64,000 nt of DNA from a virus: the IMG/VR virus record IMGVR_UViG_3300045988_066710, one strand, 5' to 3'. The position numbers and the translations under genes are program-made. Positions 1-7,590 of the stretch are shown here, piece by piece. Numbering within the stretch: position 1 is the first letter of the stretch; every line of letters begins with the position of its first letter. A model generated the notes under the pieces. It was given only the letters and a program-made list of their open reading frames with translations. It had not been told where the DNA came from and made no database searches.

Positions 1-8
1 AGTTAACT

Positions 9-428
9 ATGTGTTGGATAGGTAGAAAAGATAATAAACAGGTAGCTAAAAGAGACTTTTATGTCTATAAAGTAGGCTTAGTACTTGATAACACCTTTAT
101 TAGTTTATATCAGAAATATATCTATAGAATTAAAAGAAATAATCCAATAATTCCTTTAAAGCCTATAGAAGATAATTGTGGAATGATTAAAATAGAAGAT
201 GGTTACCATTCTTATAAAGAAGTAGCTATAGAATTTTGTCAAAATCCTTATCTTAGAGATATATATTTAGGAGATGCTATCAAAGGTTTTGTAGATGACT
301 TAAGACTATACTCTCATCTATATTTATGTACTTTTATAGTTCCTAAAGGTTCTGAATACTATATAAATAATAGAGGTGAAATTGTTTCTTCTAACATTAT
401 TTACACAGGTAAGTGGGTAAAGTTATAA
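9..428 (+). CDS. hypothetical protein, MC-family paralog 1 of 3
   Basis: 139-aa ORF. It shares an N-terminal MCW/MCF, AKRD..VYKVG, G-x-HS and a C-terminal F-I-(I/V)-P-(K/R)-(G/D)-S ... E-(I/V)-VS..(I/L)IYTG block with ORFs 652-1107 and 11527-11955. Confidence 0.6.
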   Translation: MCWIGRKDNKQVAKRDFYVYKVGLVLDNTFISLYQKYIYRIKRNNPIIPLKPIEDNCGMIKIEDGYHSYKEVAIEFCQNPYLRDIYLGDAIKGFVDDLRLYSHLYLCTFIVPKGSEYYINNRGEIVSSNIIYTGKWVKL

Positions 429-448
429 AGATATAATAATTATTAAAC

Positions 449-550
449 GAGAAGTTACCTACATAATCCGGAGTATGTAGGACAGGTGATAAGGCGAAAC
501 ATGATTATTATCTAAGTAGCTGAAGTACGTTCAATTCGTATTACTTCTCC
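449..550 (+). ncRNA. tRNA-like structured RNA (non-canonical cloverleaf, no recognisable anticodon arm)
   Basis: The closing stem is 7 bp (gagaagt 449-455 with acttctc 543-549). The T-arm-like hairpin is gtacg-TTCAATT-cgtat (525-541). Two further hairpins span 458-481 (8 bp) and 484-513 (9 bp with 2 G-U). The segment is locally richer in G/C than its flanks, and a strong terminator follows. Confidence 0.45.
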
Positions 551-585
551 AAAATCTCTGAGAGGCTTTATGCCATATGTTTTAT

Positions 586-624
586 AGGAGTGTATTAACT
601 ATCTAGTTAGTATACTCCTTTTTA
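586..624 (+). terminator. rho-independent terminator after the RNA locus
   Basis: The sequence aggagtgtattaacta / tagttagtatactcct forms a stem of about 15 bp (two G-U pairs), followed by TTTTTAT. Confidence 0.7.
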
Positions 625-651
625 TATTTAAGTATTTTAAATATTAAGCTT

Positions 652-1107
652 ATGTGTTTTATTAGGACAAAAGAAAGTAAATTATTAATAGCAAAAAGAG
701 ATATTACAGTTTATAAAGTAGGAATATATGCAGATGTACAAATGTTTACACCATACTTTATGACTGATTATTGTTATAGAAGAAAAGCACTTGCTAATCA
801 AACTGTAACATTTAATAAAAACTCTATTAACATAGGTTTACATAGTGTATTATCTTTAGAAGGTTGTTATGCATCATTAATTGGCTGTATACGTTTTTTC
901 TCTAATGGAAGTCGCATTCCTTTTATTATTGTAAATGTTTTATGTAATCATGTTTATATAGGAAAATTTATTATTCCAAGAGATAGTTTATATATGGTTA
1001 ATTCTCATAATGAAGTAGTATCTAATAGGCTTATTTATACAGGTGAATTTAAACACATTAATAAGAATGAAGATTTTAATATTAAAGAATTATGGAAAGA
1101 AAAATAG
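652..1107 (+). CDS. hypothetical protein, MC-family paralog 2 of 3
   Basis: 151-aa ORF beginning MCFIRTKESKLLIAKRDITVYKVG, with GLHS and FIIPRDSLYMVNSHNEVVSNRLIYTG blocks matching ORF 9-428. Confidence 0.6.
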   Translation: MCFIRTKESKLLIAKRDITVYKVGIYADVQMFTPYFMTDYCYRRKALANQTVTFNKNSINIGLHSVLSLEGCYASLIGCIRFFSNGSRIPFIIVNVLCNHVYIGKFIIPRDSLYMVNSHNEVVSNRLIYTGEFKHINKNEDFNIKELWKEK

Positions 1108-1706
1108 GTGAAATATTTACTTATAATGGTAAAATGTATCAGGTATCAAAATCTGATATATGTGAGAATTGTGCATTTAGAGAGAACGATTGTAGTATTC
1201 TTAGATCACGTATAGGTCTATGCATCTCTAGTATAAGAACTGATAAAACTAATGTAATATTTAAAGAAATAAATAATATGGAAATAAAAAATAATCAATT
1301 AACTATTAATATTCCTGAAGGAATGGAGATAGATACAGAGAATAGTAGTTTAGCTGAAGGAATAATTAAGTTTAAATCTAAGTGTATCACTTATAGTAAG
1401 ATAATTAATTCCTTTAATTCCATAACTAATACTAATGTTTATATACATAGTAGTGATATAAAGGCACTTAAAGCTATAGCACAATTAATGAATATTGCTA
1501 AATATTACAATGGAGATTGGAAGCCAGACTGGAGTAATCCAAGTGAATTTAAATATTTTATTGTATATAACAATAATACCTATATAGTAGATTATAATTG
1601 GGCATCTATTTATAATAAAATCTATTTTAAAAATAAAAAAGATGCTCAATCAGTGATAGATAATCCTAATTTTAGAGCTATTTTAAATGTCATTTATAAG
1701 AATTAA
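1092..1706 (+). CDS. hypothetical protein with Cys-rich N-terminus
   Basis: 204-aa ORF in a tight operon (it overlaps the upstream stop). The N-terminus carries C-x2-C ... C ... C (CENCAFRENDCSILRSRIGLC), a possible small metal-binding module. Confidence 0.55.
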   Translation: MERKIGEIFTYNGKMYQVSKSDICENCAFRENDCSILRSRIGLCISSIRTDKTNVIFKEINNMEIKNNQLTINIPEGMEIDTENSSLAEGIIKFKSKCITYSKIINSFNSITNTNVYIHSSDIKALKAIAQLMNIAKYYNGDWKPDWSNPSEFKYFIVYNNNTYIVDYNWASIYNKIYFKNKKDAQSVIDNPNFRAILNVIYKN

Positions 1707-1708
1707 TT

Positions 1709-2041
1709 ATGAAACATTTTTTATATCATATAATAGGAGAGGCTATATTAGTCTCTCTTCTTATATTTAGTACTACTTGTTTGTATCATCAATCACAAAT
1801 AATTAGTAAACAAAGAGAATTTATTAATGAATTACAATTTGAATATTATAAGTTAGAAGAATATAAAGAAGCTATTAGAGTAGCAGATATTATATTTGAT
1901 AACAATAATATATGGGATAAAGATAAATCTGAAATAATGAATGATTATATTAATATAAGATGTAATATTGATAGTATATTTTATGAAGGATTTCATAATA
2001 GTGCGTTGTTAGATAGTATATCTTATATGTATAATGAATAA
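1709..2041 (+). CDS. hypothetical membrane-anchored protein
   Basis: 110-aa ORF with an N-terminal hydrophobic helix (IIGEAILVSLLIFSTTCL). It starts 3 nt after the upstream stop. Confidence 0.55.
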   Translation: MKHFLYHIIGEAILVSLLIFSTTCLYHQSQIISKQREFINELQFEYYKLEEYKEAIRVADIIFDNNNIWDKDKSEIMNDYINIRCNIDSIFYEGFHNSALLDSISYMYNE

Positions 2042-2052
2042 ATTATATCTTT

Positions 2053-2448
2053 ATGGAAACATTAAAAGAATTAAGAGTTAAATATAAACAATTAAAGAAG
2101 GAAGGGGATGATATCTATAATAAAATTAAGATATTAGAAAAGAAAGAAATACTTTCTAATTTTGTTGTTGGAAATTGCTATTTTGATATTAATTTTAATA
2201 CTTTAATAAAAATTGTTGGAATAAGTAATAGCTATATATATTATATATGTACAGATGAAGATTATATCGGTAGAGATTCTTCTTATATATATGATATTAC
2301 AGGCTGGGTAAAAATTACATCAGAACAATTTAAAAAGGGATATCTTCTTGCATTAAAAAATATACAAGACCCAAATTGGGAGATTGTAAAAAAATATAAC
2401 TGGAGTGACTTTATTATAGAAATTAATAAAAGTATTAATAAAGAATGA
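2053..2448 (+). CDS. hypothetical protein, coiled-coil + VG(N/D)C(Y/F) family, paralog 1
   Basis: 131-aa ORF. An N-terminal heptad-like K/E/L-rich helix is followed by VVGNCYF and W-x-x-IT-x-x-QF blocks shared with ORF 3461-3937. Confidence 0.55.
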   Translation: METLKELRVKYKQLKKEGDDIYNKIKILEKKEILSNFVVGNCYFDINFNTLIKIVGISNSYIYYICTDEDYIGRDSSYIYDITGWVKITSEQFKKGYLLALKNIQDPNWEIVKKYNWSDFIIEINKSINKE

Positions 2449-3458
2449 ATAACATGGAAACAAAAATAAACATAGCAACTATTTTAAAAAATAAACCAAA
2501 AGGTACTAAATTGTATTCTACTGTTCATGGAAAATGTACTTTTGAAGCCATAACAGATGAAATTTTTAAGATAAACTTCTGTACTTCAAAATTTGGTTTA
2601 ATGCAAGCTGGAGAATGTACCTTAATTAAATTTGGTAATATGTATGATGGCGGAGAATGTATTATCTTCCCATCTAAGGAAATGCGTGATTGGTCTAAGT
2701 TCCAATGGGAAAAAGGTGATGTACTGATAAGTAATGATGGAGGTACAGAAGTTATCTTTGATAAATGGTATGATGATACCTATACCAATTTCTATGGTAA
2801 GCATTATCTTAATAATGAAGATAAAAATAATATTAAGTATAGTGAAAATCTCCTTTGTACAACTGAAAGATATTCCCTTGAAGATAAGAATACTGCTCAG
2901 ACCTACATTAACATCATAGAGAAGCATTTGGGTGGCAAGCTCAATTTTGAAACTTTGGTAGTAGAAAAACATCAGCCAGAGTTCAAGGATGGGGATATAG
3001 CTTTTGCCGACTATGGTAATAGACAAGATGTATTTATAGTATCAGATAAAACTAATTTATCAGAAGGTTATAGCTCATTTATTTCTTTAGATTTAAGTAG
3101 TCTAACTTTGAGTATGGGCTATAGAACTTGTTTCTTTAAGAAAGACCTTTGTAAACTTCGCCTTGCCACTGACTCAGAGAAAAAACAGCTATTCTCAGCT
3201 CTCGAAAAGGAAGATAAGGTTTGGGATGCTGAGAAGAAAATGATTGTGAACTTGAAGCCAAAGGTAGAGCTGAAACCATTCGATAATGTGTTGGTTAGAC
3301 ATCAAAAAACTGAGGAATGGCGTGCAAATATATTTAGCCATACAGATAAGACAGATGAATATCTTGACTATGTATGTGTTAATGGTAGATGGGAGTTCTG
3401 CATCCCTTACGAAGGCAACGAATCATTGTTAGGTACAACTAAAGATGTGGAGGATTAA
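2445..3458 (+). CDS. hypothetical protein
   Basis: 337-aa ORF with an ATGA-type overlap onto the upstream gene and balanced amino-acid composition. The antisense and overlapping ORFs in the track (2622-3026 on the minus strand, 2734-2919) are I/L/F-rich shadows. Confidence 0.65.
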   Translation: MNNMETKINIATILKNKPKGTKLYSTVHGKCTFEAITDEIFKINFCTSKFGLMQAGECTLIKFGNMYDGGECIIFPSKEMRDWSKFQWEKGDVLISNDGGTEVIFDKWYDDTYTNFYGKHYLNNEDKNNIKYSENLLCTTERYSLEDKNTAQTYINIIEKHLGGKLNFETLVVEKHQPEFKDGDIAFADYGNRQDVFIVSDKTNLSEGYSSFISLDLSSLTLSMGYRTCFFKKDLCKLRLATDSEKKQLFSALEKEDKVWDAEKKMIVNLKPKVELKPFDNVLVRHQKTEEWRANIFSHTDKTDEYLDYVCVNGRWEFCIPYEGNESLLGTTKDVED

Positions 3459-3460
3459 AC

Positions 3461-3937
3461 ATGACAGAAAAAATAATAAAAGGAGAATTTGATAAATTAA
3501 AAGATAGATTATCTAATTTAGCTGCTACTTATGAAGATAAAGCTTATGATGATGCTATCAATAGACTATATAATAGGTTAGATGATTTATCTAAAGAAAA
3601 AGTTAAAATTCTTAATACAATAAAAAAGTTAGAAGCACAGAAATGTGTTAAGAATATTAAAGTAGGTGATTGCTTTATAGAAGAGGATACTAGTGAAACT
3701 ACTGAAATCTATCAAGTTCTTGATATAGAAGAAGAGGAAGTAGTAACTTGCTTAGTAGTAGAACGTTATAATATTTATAAAAATAGTTTTAAAGTTACTG
3801 ATGCTAAGTATTGGAAACCAATTACACGTAATCAATTTAATGCTTTATATCAGGCTGTATTAATAGATTTAAATGATTCTAAATATCATTTGGAACATAA
3901 TACAAACTGGGATAAAGAAATAAAGAACCTTTTATAA
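3461..3937 (+). CDS. hypothetical protein, coiled-coil + VG(N/D)C(Y/F) family, paralog 2
   Basis: 158-aa ORF with a long N-terminal helix, then KVGDCFIEE and YWKPITRNQFNALY, matching ORF 2053-2448. Confidence 0.55.
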   Translation: MTEKIIKGEFDKLKDRLSNLAATYEDKAYDDAINRLYNRLDDLSKEKVKILNTIKKLEAQKCVKNIKVGDCFIEEDTSETTEIYQVLDIEEEEVVTCLVVERYNIYKNSFKVTDAKYWKPITRNQFNALYQAVLIDLNDSKYHLEHNTNWDKEIKNLL

Positions 3938-3949
3938 AATAAGTAATTT

Positions 3950-4162
3950 ATGGAAGATATTAATGCAGTAGTAACCTCATCTGGTGTATCACTTGAAGAA
4001 GTCTTAACTAAAGAAGTAGTTAAGGCGCTCAATGAAGAAGCTTCCATCTATATGAATTATGAAATCCCAGAAGTAAAGCTTGCTGGCAATCCTCCTAGTG
4101 GTAAAGAAAATCGCAGAACTAGAAGAAGGTCAGAACTTAGAAAAAAGAAAGGCAGATTATGA
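3950..4162 (+). CDS. hypothetical small protein with basic C-terminal tail
   Basis: 70-aa ORF whose C-terminus is KENRRTRRRSELRKKKGRL. The stop overlaps the next start (ATGA). Confidence 0.5.
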   Translation: MEDINAVVTSSGVSLEEVLTKEVVKALNEEASIYMNYEIPEVKLAGNPPSGKENRRTRRRSELRKKKGRL

Positions 4163-4518
4163 TAGACGATGATAAGATTATAAAAGCTGCTAGTGAGCTT
4201 TGTGATTATGGTTCAATTCATGATAGTGAATATAGAATAGAAGGATTTAAAAAATGTGCTAAATGGATGCAAGAAGAGTTCTTAAAGGATTTGTGGCATC
4301 CTGCTAGCGAAATGCCTGATAAAAATAGAACATGCTTGGTAAGAGTTGTTTATCATCCTAATCATGGGATGTTTCAAGATGAAGAAAGAATAGAACAATC
4401 ATCTTTTCACGATTTTGGATGGTATGATTACGATTTCAAATATATTGGAACTAATTATGATATTATTAGCTGGCTCTATATTAGTGATTTACTTCCAAAG
4501 GAAGGAGGTGAACAATGA
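4159..4518 (+). CDS. hypothetical protein, DUF551-like pattern
   Basis: 119-aa ORF. The segment W-H-P-A-S-E-M-P-D-x5-C-L-V-R-V resembles the W...(L/M)P...VLV core of phage DUF551 domains. This is recalled from memory and was not searched. Confidence 0.5.
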   Translation: MIDDDKIIKAASELCDYGSIHDSEYRIEGFKKCAKWMQEEFLKDLWHPASEMPDKNRTCLVRVVYHPNHGMFQDEERIEQSSFHDFGWYDYDFKYIGTNYDIISWLYISDLLPKEGGEQ

Positions 4519-4772
4519 ATGCATTAGCAATTATTGGTTTTATTATAGTTACTATTGTAATAGTACTTTGTATAATTGAAATAAAAGAAGAAGGTAATAT
4601 TGTTCTATCTAAAGTGCTTTTAATTATTGCAATTATCGGGTTGTTATTTATTATAGTATCATATATAAGCAATGCTCCTACTGCCTTAGATGTATATAAA
4701 GGTAAGACAGAATTAAGAATTACTTATGAAGGTAAAACTCCTGTAGATTCGGTTGTAATTTATAAGAAATGA
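4515..4772 (+). CDS. small membrane protein (2 predicted TM helices)
   Basis: 85-aa ORF with two long hydrophobic runs (ALAIIGFIIVTIVIVLCII and VLLIIAIIGLLFIIVSYI). Confidence 0.6.
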   Translation: MNALAIIGFIIVTIVIVLCIIEIKEEGNIVLSKVLLIIAIIGLLFIIVSYISNAPTALDVYKGKTELRITYEGKTPVDSVVIYKK

Positions 4773-4780
4773 AATGAGTA

Positions 4781-4942
4781 ATGGAAATATTTACATTTGA
4801 CATTATGCTTAATGGAAGATTTATTTGTACTTTAAAATATAAATATAATTCAATCTTCCCTATTGATTTAGAAGAATTAGAAAAATTTATCTTAAATAAG
4901 AGACCTACTCTTAAAGGTAAAGATTTTAGAATTAAATTTTAA
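4781..4942 (+). CDS. hypothetical small protein (53 aa, below ORF-track cutoff)
   Basis: Hand translation gives MEIFTFDIMLNGRFICTLKYKYNSIFPIDLEELEKFILNKRPTLKGKDFRIKF. It fills an otherwise empty inter-ORF gap on the operon strand. Confidence 0.4.
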   Translation: MEIFTFDIMLNGRFICTLKYKYNSIFPIDLEELEKFILNKRPTLKGKDFRIKF

Positions 4943-4947
4943 CAATT

Positions 4948-5112
4948 ATGAAAGTATTTAAATTATGTATTATTCTTGTTGCTTACTTATTAATAGGAGT
5001 ATTAGAAATATATAGTTACTATTTATTTAAAAATGATGCTATAGGAATCTTTACATTCTTTACTCTTCTTGGTTTTATATTAACATTTGGAATAGAAGTA
5101 TTAAATGAGTAG
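4948..5112 (+). CDS. small membrane protein (54 aa, below ORF-track cutoff)
   Basis: Hand translation gives MKVFKLCIILVAYLLIGVLEIYSYYLFKNDAIGIFTFFTLLGFILTFGIEVLNE, with two hydrophobic segments. Confidence 0.45.
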   Translation: MKVFKLCIILVAYLLIGVLEIYSYYLFKNDAIGIFTFFTLLGFILTFGIEVLNE

Positions 5113-5365
5113 AAAATTAATGAGTTTATTTTCAATACTAAATATGCAGTCTGCACTGGATTATCAAATGGGTGATGATTTTCCTTTTGGTTCTCCATGT
5201 ATTAGATTCAATGTACCAAAAGGAAATGTTCCTTCTGATAAACAAAAGTGTCAGCCAAAAGCACAACATGAGTTTATTATTAAAGGTATGAAGATTACAG
5301 CAGCTTCTAAGAAAGATGCTATTAAAAAGTATAATCATAGAAAGAATCAAGCAAATACCTTTTAA
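5105..5365 (+). CDS. hypothetical protein
   Basis: 86-aa ORF that overlaps the next ORF by 50 nt in another frame. Confidence 0.45.
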   Translation: MSRKLMSLFSILNMQSALDYQMGDDFPFGSPCIRFNVPKGNVPSDKQKCQPKAQHEFIIKGMKITAASKKDAIKKYNHRKNQANTF

Positions 5366-5573
5366 AAGTAAAGATGGTAGCTTATATGTCTGTGGTAATT
5401 GTAAACATAGATGTGTATGGTATTCTGATATAGGATTATGTTGTGAATATAATGAAGACCCTGTAATAAAAACAGACAAAAGAGATAAAAGAGCCTTTAT
5501 TTGTTCTCATTTCTCCTTTATAGGAGATGAACAAAGAGAGGCTCTTTTAAGGAGTTTAAATTTATTAAAATAA
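5316..5573 (+). CDS. hypothetical Cys-rich protein
   Basis: 85-aa ORF containing VCGNCKHRCVWYSDIGLCCEY ... FICSHF (C-x2-C-x3-C ... CC ... C). The start is uncertain; the only ATG lies inside the upstream ORF. Confidence 0.45.
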   Translation: MLLKSIIIERIKQIPFKSKDGSLYVCGNCKHRCVWYSDIGLCCEYNEDPVIKTDKRDKRAFICSHFSFIGDEQREALLRSLNLLK

Positions 5574-5580
5574 TCATTGT

Positions 5581-5955
5581 ATGAAAAAATATATCACTGG
5601 TGATTTATTACATTATAAAATATGTAATGCTAAATATTTAATAGAAGTAACTAATACTTCAAAGCATGGATATTGTTTTAAAGGAGTTAAAGATGATTTT
5701 AATGGAGTTATCTGTGATGAATTTATTGAAGATATACCTCTTACTCCAGAAATTCTTGAAAAAAATGGATGGAAGAAAGATAAAGATGGTTATTTTAATG
5801 ATTCTTACCATATAAGACTTTGTGAAAGTAGTACTAATTATGCTGCTTATAAAGTAGTAAATAAGTCTATTGTATGGTTAAGAGCTGTAGAAAATGTTCC
5901 TGATTTACAACATCTTTTATTTGGTCTTGATATTTCTTTAAAAATAGAAGTATAA
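5581..5955 (+). CDS. hypothetical protein
   Basis: 124-aa ORF with balanced composition in the operon context. Confidence 0.55.
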   Translation: MKKYITGDLLHYKICNAKYLIEVTNTSKHGYCFKGVKDDFNGVICDEFIEDIPLTPEILEKNGWKKDKDGYFNDSYHIRLCESSTNYAAYKVVNKSIVWLRAVENVPDLQHLLFGLDISLKIEV

Positions 5956-6320
5956 TGGAAATGGAAAGTATAGAATTTTATAAATGGGAAAAACAAAAAG
6001 CACTTATTATTAAATACAATACAGTAGACCCATATAATGAGATTTATTTTGCACATTATATTCCCTTTCAACAAATAACAAAAAGTGGATTCAGTTCTTC
6101 TGATTTTGATATTTTTGAAGAAACTAAGTATGATTTTATAATAAATTGTCCAAGAATTTGTAAGGAATATAAGATTGTTGTTTCAAAAGTTCAAATAAAG
6201 AAAATTACTATTAAAGAACCTAAAGAGTTATTTGATATTCTTTCTTATATTGAAAACTTTAATGAAGAAGCAAAAACTAGGATTAATAAAATTATACATA
6301 CGTATTTAAATATTTCATAA
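5955..6320 (+). CDS. hypothetical protein
   Basis: 121-aa ORF whose start abuts the upstream stop (TAATG). Confidence 0.55.
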   Translation: MEMESIEFYKWEKQKALIIKYNTVDPYNEIYFAHYIPFQQITKSGFSSSDFDIFEETKYDFIINCPRICKEYKIVVSKVQIKKITIKEPKELFDILSYIENFNEEAKTRINKIIHTYLNIS

Positions 6321-6321
6321 T

Positions 6322-6465
6322 ATGAATATAAGGGAAGTTACAAAAATATTATTTAAAATTAGAAGTAATCTTATTGACCCTAAACAAAAACATGCTATTT
6401 GGGTAGCAATTAAAGCTATTAAGTATTGTAGTATAATAACTAAATCAATTAAAAATAATGAATAA
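6322..6465 (+). CDS. hypothetical small protein (47 aa)
   Basis: Hand translation gives MNIREVTKILFKIRSNLIDPKQKHAIWVAIKAIKYCSIITKSIKNNE. It starts 2 nt after the upstream stop. Confidence 0.35.
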   Translation: MNIREVTKILFKIRSNLIDPKQKHAIWVAIKAIKYCSIITKSIKNNE

Positions 6466-6545
6466 AAATATAGAAAGAAACCAGTTACCATTAAAGCTAT
6501 TATAAAGCAGTTAAGCTAACCGCCTTCTGGCATAAAAGATAGAAT

Positions 6546-6701
6546 ATGACAGTAGAAGAATTAATTAACGAATTATCAAAGGTAGAGGATAAGACTATGG
6601 AAGTTTACTTTCCTTATTCTCATGGAACACAAGAAAACGGAGAGCCTCTAAGTATAGCTGAAGTATCTGTGTACAATGATTGTGTTATAATTTATGATTA
6701 A
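6546..6701 (+). CDS. hypothetical small protein (51 aa)
   Basis: Hand translation gives MTVEELINELSKVEDKTMEVYFPYSHGTQENGEPLSIAEVSVYNDCVIIYD, which has a non-shadow-like composition. Confidence 0.4.
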   Translation: MTVEELINELSKVEDKTMEVYFPYSHGTQENGEPLSIAEVSVYNDCVIIYD

Positions 6702-6732
6702 CCATCCTGCAAAGGATATAAACAAATAGATT

Positions 6733-7125
6733 ATGATTAAAGAAGTTCCAAATCCTACATTAGAATGTATAGGATGTATATTTAAAGATGCACTTCAATG
6801 TCTTAGCATGCCTTGTTTTGCAGATAAAAACAATCCAATTAAATACATTGAAGTAAACGAAGACATAAATGAGAATAATATGAATAAAAAAGTAAGTGAA
6901 TTTGTGCGTAAGTATGTTGAGGAACACTTAGATAAGAGTGACCCAAAACAAGAGTTTGAAGTGTTTGTAGTATGGCAGTGCTACATTCTTGGTAATACAA
7001 AGTGGCTTCTTTCAACAACACTACCTGATGGTATGTACTATGAGGTAACATACAACAAAGCTAAAGACGAGTTTTATCTTGATGCTTACAAGAAATTTGA
7101 GAATCGTTGCATTCAAAACAAGTAA
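6733..7125 (+). CDS. conserved-looking phage hypothetical protein
   Basis: 130-aa ORF with a Cys-rich N-terminus (C-x2-C ... C ... C). The C-terminal block FEVFVVWQCYILGNTKWLLSTTLPDGMYYEVTYNKAKDEFYLDAY looks like a widespread phage domain of unknown function. No family name is asserted. Confidence 0.6.
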   Translation: MIKEVPNPTLECIGCIFKDALQCLSMPCFADKNNPIKYIEVNEDINENNMNKKVSEFVRKYVEEHLDKSDPKQEFEVFVVWQCYILGNTKWLLSTTLPDGMYYEVTYNKAKDEFYLDAYKKFENRCIQNK

Positions 7126-7340
7126 CTAATCAATTTTTACGAGATATAAATATAAATAATATGGAAGATAAAGATATTATGTCAGAGTTAAAATTGGAAT
7201 ATAGAAACAATATTGTATATTTTAATGGGTTAAAGATTAATGCTTATACAGCAGAAGGAATGCGATTGATAAGCAACCTTCTTAAAAAGGGATTATACAA
7301 AATTGGAAAAGAATTGGAGAATATTTCTAACTCTAAGTAA
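7107..7340 (+). CDS. hypothetical protein (true start may be ATG 7161)
   Basis: 77-aa ORF. The first 19 nt overlap the upstream gene, and the internal Met (MEDKDIMSELK) is an alternative start. Confidence 0.45.
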   Translation: MHSKQVTNQFLRDININNMEDKDIMSELKLEYRNNIVYFNGLKINAYTAEGMRLISNLLKKGLYKIGKELENISNSK

Positions 7341-7386
7341 CTAACCACCCTCTTCTGTAAAAGGGAGATAGTAAAAAGAAGAGAAT

Positions 7387-7572
7387 ATGTTTTGGATATT
7401 TATGTCAGGATTAATGTGCTCTATATGCTCATTTGCTATAGGTACGTTATACGTAATGAAAGATGTTAGAGACAGAAAGTTGGTGTTACCAATTTATGTT
7501 ATTCTAGGTTTTTGTGGCTTGTGTATAATGCTTCTATACACAATGGCTATTCAAGGAAGGGTTAATGTTTAA
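7387..7572 (+). CDS. small membrane protein (2 TM)
   Basis: 61-aa hydrophobic ORF. It is preceded by the leader gtaaaaagaagagaatATG, which is repeated verbatim upstream of ORF 7861. Confidence 0.5.
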   Translation: MFWIFMSGLMCSICSFAIGTLYVMKDVRDRKLVLPIYVILGFCGLCIMLLYTMAIQGRVNV

Positions 7573-7590
7573 TAAACAAAAGAAAAGAAT

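Noticed and set aside
493-530. A hammerhead-ribozyme-like core (cgaaac and ctgaagt).
   Set aside because: The order of the elements is wrong: GAAA precedes the CUGA box. The CUGANGA box has U instead of A at the last position, and no GAAA follows the hairpin.
449-550. A canonical tRNA gene.
   Set aside because: The acceptor-like stem and the T-arm are convincing. However, an exhaustive by-eye search of 482-524 found no 5-bp stem with a 7-nt loop. The D-position arm has an 8-bp stem with an 8-nt loop, and the length (~101 nt) exceeds even class II tRNAs. It is reported instead as a tRNA-like RNA.
5316-5365. A programmed frameshift joining ORF 5105-5365 to ORF 5316-5573.
   Set aside because: The frames would require a +1 (or -2) shift. 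No slippery heptamer or stimulatory structure was seen in the 50-nt overlap. It is treated as overlapping genes with an uncertain second start.
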